From the NCBI GenBank assembly GCA_963835535.1, contig CAWIFL010000004.1, positions 192,328 through 256,327 on the forward strand: DNA of 64,000 nt, in the 5' to 3' direction. A program made the position numbers and the translations under genes. The notes below the pieces were generated by a model. It ran no database searches. It saw only the letters and a list, made by a program, of their open reading frames with translations, and had not been told where the DNA came from. This DNA comes from an uncultured Gemmatimonadales bacterium (lineage in GTDB: Bacteria; Gemmatimonadota; Gemmatimonadetes; Gemmatimonadales; JACORV01). Below, piece by piece: positions 60,695 to 64,000 of this stretch. Every line of letters starts with the position of its first letter. Positions within the stretch are counted from its first letter, which is position 1.

Positions 60695-61590
60695 GGGTTC
60701 CTGGGACTCCGCGGTGGGTTGGCGCCTGAGGGCGGGCCGCCGGGCGGCGGTCGGAGGTTCTGCGTCGCGTCCTCGACCGACCGTTTGATCTCGCTCGCAA
60801 TGCGCATGAACGCCGACGCGCGGGGGCCGGCGAGCGCCGGCTTGGGCCGCAGCTCCCCGCGCTCCAGGCGGTCCAGCACCTGCTCCAGCGCCGTCTGCAT
60901 CCGCTCGGCACGGCGCTGATAGTCCCGCACCACGAACAGGGAGAGGCCGACGCTGGCCAGCAGCGGCACGACCGCCACGAGCTGGAGGCCGGGAACGAGC
61001 GCGACGGCGAGCGTCCCCAGCACGCCCAGCGAGAGCAGGACGCTCGCTCCACCGAGGGCGGAGCTGCGCTGGTTCCCGATGTCGGCCGCCAGCTCGGCGT
61101 GGCAGTACCCGTCCTCGAGGGCGTTGAGCTGTACCGAGACGTCCAACGCGCGGGCGAGGTGGTACGGCTTCCCCTGCAGCGAGAGGCCGCGCTTCATCTC
61201 GGCGATCAGCCCCTTCTGGCGCTCCCACACCGTGCGGTCCGGGAGGCGGCGCTTGGGCGTCATCGCCTCCTCCTCGGTCATGAACTCCGCGATCGCCTGC
61301 TCCAGGGCGGCCTTGTCTCCCGGCACGACGCGATGGGCGAGCAACATCCGGGGCCCGACCCACCGCCCCAGGAAGCCGTGCTCCAGCGCTGCGCCCCCGG
61401 CTGCTTCCTCGTACATCGCCTGGCGGAGGAAGCGGCCGGGGATGCCGACCTCCGAACCGAGGTTCAGGACATCCTGCTCCGTGATCCCGTCGCCCGTGTC
61501 CATCTCGCCGGCCTGTAGCTCCGCGGCGCGCTGGATGATCCGCTCCAGCTGCTCGCGGCTGATCTTCCGGGGGACCAGCTCGCCGGCCAT
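60691..61590 (-). CDS. Hypothetical membrane protein downstream of the SPFH gene
   Basis: 299 aa. Soluble N-terminal ~170 aa, two TM helices (ASVLLSLGVLGTLAVALV, VVPLLASVGLSLFVV), and a Pro-rich tail. ATGA overlap with hbd. Confidence 0.55.
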   Translation of the reverse strand: MAGELVPRKISREQLERIIQRAAELQAGEMDTGDGITEQDVLNLGSEVGIPGRFLRQAMYEEAAGGAALEHGFLGRWVGPRMLLAHRVVPGDKAALEQAIAEFMTEEEAMTPKRRLPDRTVWERQKGLIAEMKRGLSLQGKPYHLARALDVSVQLNALEDGYCHAELAADIGNQRSSALGGASVLLSLGVLGTLAVALVPGLQLVAVVPLLASVGLSLFVVRDYQRRAERMQTALEQVLDRLERGELRPKPALAGPRASAFMRIASEIKRSVEDATQNLRPPPGGPPSGANPPRSPRNP

Positions 61591-61593
61591 CGG

Positions 61594-62457
61594 TTACCCG
61601 CGCCGCTCCGCGCCTTCGCTCGCGCGCCCCGCCGGCAGCGCCGTCCCCGGAGCCGGCGTGCCAAGTGCCGGCTGCGCGGCCGGAGCAGGCAGCGGCGGCG
61701 CGGACGTCTCCGACTGCCGGTACGCCCCGAGGAACGGCTTCAGCAGGTCGATCGGCAGCGGGAAGAAAGTGGTGGAGTTCTTCTCCGACGCGATCTCGGA
61801 AACCGTCTGGAGGTACCGGAGCGTGATCGCCGCCGGCTCCTGGCCGATGACGTGCGCGGCCTGCGCCAGCTTCTCGGAGGCCTGCAGCTCGCCTTCGGCG
61901 TTGATGACCTTGGCCCGCCGCTCGCGCTCGGCCTCGGCCTGGCGCGCCATCGCCCGCTTCATCTCCACCGGCAGGTCCACGTCCTTGACCTCGACCGCCG
62001 AGACCTCGATCCCCCACTCCGCCGAGCGCGCGTCGATGATCGCCTTCAGCGTCTCGTTGATCTTGTCCCGCTCGGACAGGATCTCGTCGAGCTGGTGCTG
62101 GCCGCAGACGCTGCGGAGCGTCGTCTGGGCGAGCTGGCTGGTGGCGTAGAGGTAGTTCTCGATCCCGATGATCGCCGCCGCCGGATCCCTGACCTTCATG
62201 TACAGCACGGCGTTGACCTTGAGCGAGATGTTGTCGCGGGTGATCACGTCCTGCGGCGGGATGTCGAGCGCGACGATCCGCAGCGAGACGCGGTGCATGT
62301 GCGCGATCATGCTCGGGAGGAAGACCAATCCCGGCCCCTTCGTGTTCCAGTAGCGGCCGAGGAAGAACGCCACCGCTCGTTCGTACTGCTTGATGATCCG
62401 CAGGCTGGAGAGCGCGTAGAGCGCCGCGACCAGCGCGATGACTTCGAGTACGGGCAC
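61594..62457 (-). CDS. SPFH/Band 7 (stomatin-like) protein
   Basis: An N-terminal TM helix then [23 protein letters not shown], a coiled coil [19 protein letters not shown], and a Pro/Ala-rich tail. Confidence 0.9.
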   Translation of the reverse strand: MPVLEVIALVAALYALSSLRIIKQYERAVAFFLGRYWNTKGPGLVFLPSMIAHMHRVSLRIVALDIPPQDVITRDNISLKVNAVLYMKVRDPAAAIIGIENYLYATSQLAQTTLRSVCGQHQLDEILSERDKINETLKAIIDARSAEWGIEVSAVEVKDVDLPVEMKRAMARQAEAERERRAKVINAEGELQASEKLAQAAHVIGQEPAAITLRYLQTVSEIASEKNSTTFFPLPIDLLKPFLGAYRQSETSAPPLPAPAAQPALGTPAPGTALPAGRASEGAERRG

Positions 62458-62470
62458 GTGTCGGCCCTCC

Positions 62471-63682
62471 TTACTTCGAGAAGGCTTCGACCAGAACGGC
62501 GGCTCCCTGGCCGCCGCCGATGCAGGCGCTGCCGATGCCGAACCGCTTGCCGCTCCTCCGCAGGGAGTGGAGGAGGTGGATGGTGATCCGGGTGCCGGAG
62601 GCGGCGAGCGGATGCCCGATCGCGATCGCGCCGCCGTGCACGTTGACCTTCTCGCGGTCGAGACCGAGCTCCTTCTCCACGGCGACGTACTGCGGAGCGA
62701 AGGCCTCGTTGATCTCGATCAGATCGACCGCGTCGAGCGTCATGCCCGCCTTCTGCAGGAGTTTGCGGATGGCGGGGGCCGGGCCGATCCCCATGTACTT
62801 GGGCTCGACGCCGGCGACGGCCCACCCCACCAGACGGCCGAGGGGCTCGAGCCCCCTGGCCTTCGCGACCTGTTCTCCGGCCACCACGCAGGCGGCCGCG
62901 CCGTCGCAGATCCCGGAGGCGTTCCCCGCCGTGACGAGGCCGTCCTTCTTGAAGTAGGGCGCCAACTTGGCGAGCCCCTCCAGCGTGGTGTTGGGCCGCA
63001 TGTGCTCGTCCGCGCGGAACGGCACCATCTGGCGGGTCTTCGGGTCCTTCACCTGGACCGCGACGATCTCGTCCTCGAAGACGCCGTCGTCCCACGCCTT
63101 CCTGGCGAGGCGCTGCGAGCGCTCGGCGTACGCGTCCACTTCCTGACGCGTGAGCTTGTACTTCTCGGCGAGATTCTCCGCGGTCTGCGCCATCGAGAAG
63201 CCGCACTGCGGGTCGGTGAGCGACTCCCAGAGCAGGTCCTCGAGCGGCGCGGGCGCTCCGAGCTTGAGGCCCCAGCGGGCGCCGCGCACCACGTGGGGCG
63301 CCTGGCTCATGGATTCTCCGCCGCCGGCCAGCACGACCTGCGATTCATCGAGGAGGATCTGCTGCGCGGCCTGCGTGATCGCCTCGAAGCCCGAGCCGCA
63401 GAGCCGGTTCACGGTGAGGGCCGGGACCTCGATCGGCAGACCCGCCTTGAGCCCGACGTGACGCGCGAAGTAGATGGCGTCGGCCGAAGTCTGAAGGGCG
63501 TTGCCGAAGACGACGTGGTCGAAGTCCGCAGGCGTCAGGCCCGAGCGCTCGACGGCGCAGGTGGCCGCCGCCGCGGCGAGGTCGATCGCCGAATGGTCCT
63601 TGAGGGTGCCGCCGAAGGCGCCGAACGGCGTGCGCACGCCGCTCAGGAACACCACGTCCCTGTCCCTGCCCTGCGTCTTCAT
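62471..63682 (-). CDS. Acetyl-CoA C-acetyltransferase (thiolase II)
   Basis: 403 aa. VNRLCGSG (active Cys), [17 protein letters not shown] and [10 protein letters not shown]. Confidence 0.95.
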   Translation of the reverse strand: MKTQGRDRDVVFLSGVRTPFGAFGGTLKDHSAIDLAAAAATCAVERSGLTPADFDHVVFGNALQTSADAIYFARHVGLKAGLPIEVPALTVNRLCGSGFEAITQAAQQILLDESQVVLAGGGESMSQAPHVVRGARWGLKLGAPAPLEDLLWESLTDPQCGFSMAQTAENLAEKYKLTRQEVDAYAERSQRLARKAWDDGVFEDEIVAVQVKDPKTRQMVPFRADEHMRPNTTLEGLAKLAPYFKKDGLVTAGNASGICDGAAACVVAGEQVAKARGLEPLGRLVGWAVAGVEPKYMGIGPAPAIRKLLQKAGMTLDAVDLIEINEAFAPQYVAVEKELGLDREKVNVHGGAIAIGHPLAASGTRITIHLLHSLRRSGKRFGIGSACIGGGQGAAVLVEAFSK

Positions 63683-63700
63683 CCCGGAACGGCTCCGTCG

Positions 63701-63728
63701 CTTTGGGGAAGAGCCGGGGCACCCCGGC
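63701..63728 (-). terminator. Possible terminator after the IPMDH-family gene
   Basis: Minus strand: GCCGGG gtgc CCCGGC followed by tcttccccaaag. Confidence 0.35.
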
Positions 63729-63743
63729 AGCGGCCGGAATATG

Positions 63744-64000
63744 TCAGTGCTGGGCCCGCTCCGCTATCCACTTCGCCACGGCCTTCGTGCCGGATTTCCC
63801 GCCCAGATCGGGCGTCGTACAGCCGGCGGCGATGGCTTCACGGACGGCCCGCTCCAGCGCCTCCGGCGCGTCCGCCACTTTCAGCTCCCGGAGCAGCATC
63901 GCGCCGGTGAGAATGGCGGCGATGGGGTTCGCGACGTCCTTTCCCGCCAGCGGCGGCGCGGAACCGTGCACCGGCTCGAACAGGCCGACCTGCCCCGGAT
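63744..64000 (-). CDS. Isocitrate/isopropylmalate/tartrate dehydrogenase family protein, C-terminal fragment (continues past the right edge)
   Basis: [30 protein letters not shown] is the conserved C-terminal region of this family. Confidence 0.8.
   Translation of the reverse strand, partial: PGQVGLFEPVHGSAPPLAGKDVANPIAAILTGAMLLRELKVADAPEALERAVREAIAAGCTTPDLGGKSGTKAVAKWIAERAQH

Overview
High-GC (roughly 68-70%) bacterial chromosomal segment, densely coding, with about 60 genes. Phylum cannot be established from sequence alone. The gene content (tricorn protease, futalosine-type mqn gene, ThyX, paired GSI enzymes, many exported peptidases and amidohydrolases) fits a Gemmatimonadota/Deinococcota/Actinomycetota-like organism, but that is only an inference. 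No rRNA, CRISPR array, transposase, integrase or prophage was seen. One tRNA-Cys is present. Recognisable blocks, left to right: hpt fragment, YhaM-like RNase, GPAT-like acyltransferase, LemA plus M48 protease, a large secreted protein, PHP-domain protein plus MerR-like protein, three tandem exported amidohydrolases, a five-gene IPMDH-like / HMG-CoA-lyase-like / class III CoA-transferase / LeuCD-like operon, an orphan pseudopilin, a TetR-OMF-MFP-RND efflux operon, REC-DHp protein plus MqnA/D-like plus zinc-ribbon protein, two tandem glutamine synthetases, a HAD hydrolase, prolyl oligopeptidase, a two-gene nucleotidyltransferase module, ECF sigma plus Ogt, M28 peptidase, a GMC oxidoreductase-HK-RR operon, DinB, VOC, OsmC, tricorn protease, two tandem dNK-like kinases, tRNA-Cys, DUF3761, GGDEF, an EF-G paralog, ThyX, FAD oxidase, DUF116, and a thiolase-SPFH-unknown-Hbd-DUF2231 string. 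Many adjacent genes share 4-nt ATGA/GTGA start-stop overlaps, which suggests translational coupling. The most unusual structure not explained by genes is three families of short periodic repeat elements: GGGGTTA heptamers, GGACGCAC octamers and GTTGCCAG/GTTGCGAG units. They sit at gene junctions and, in one clear case, inside a coding sequence. Other leads are a candidate citramalate-type pathway operon, an in-frame TAG splitting a coding region, an ECF sigma coupled to a suicide methyltransferase, and a nucleotidyltransferase module with a leaderless, operator-bearing promoter. All functional calls rest on motif recognition by eye. No database search was run.
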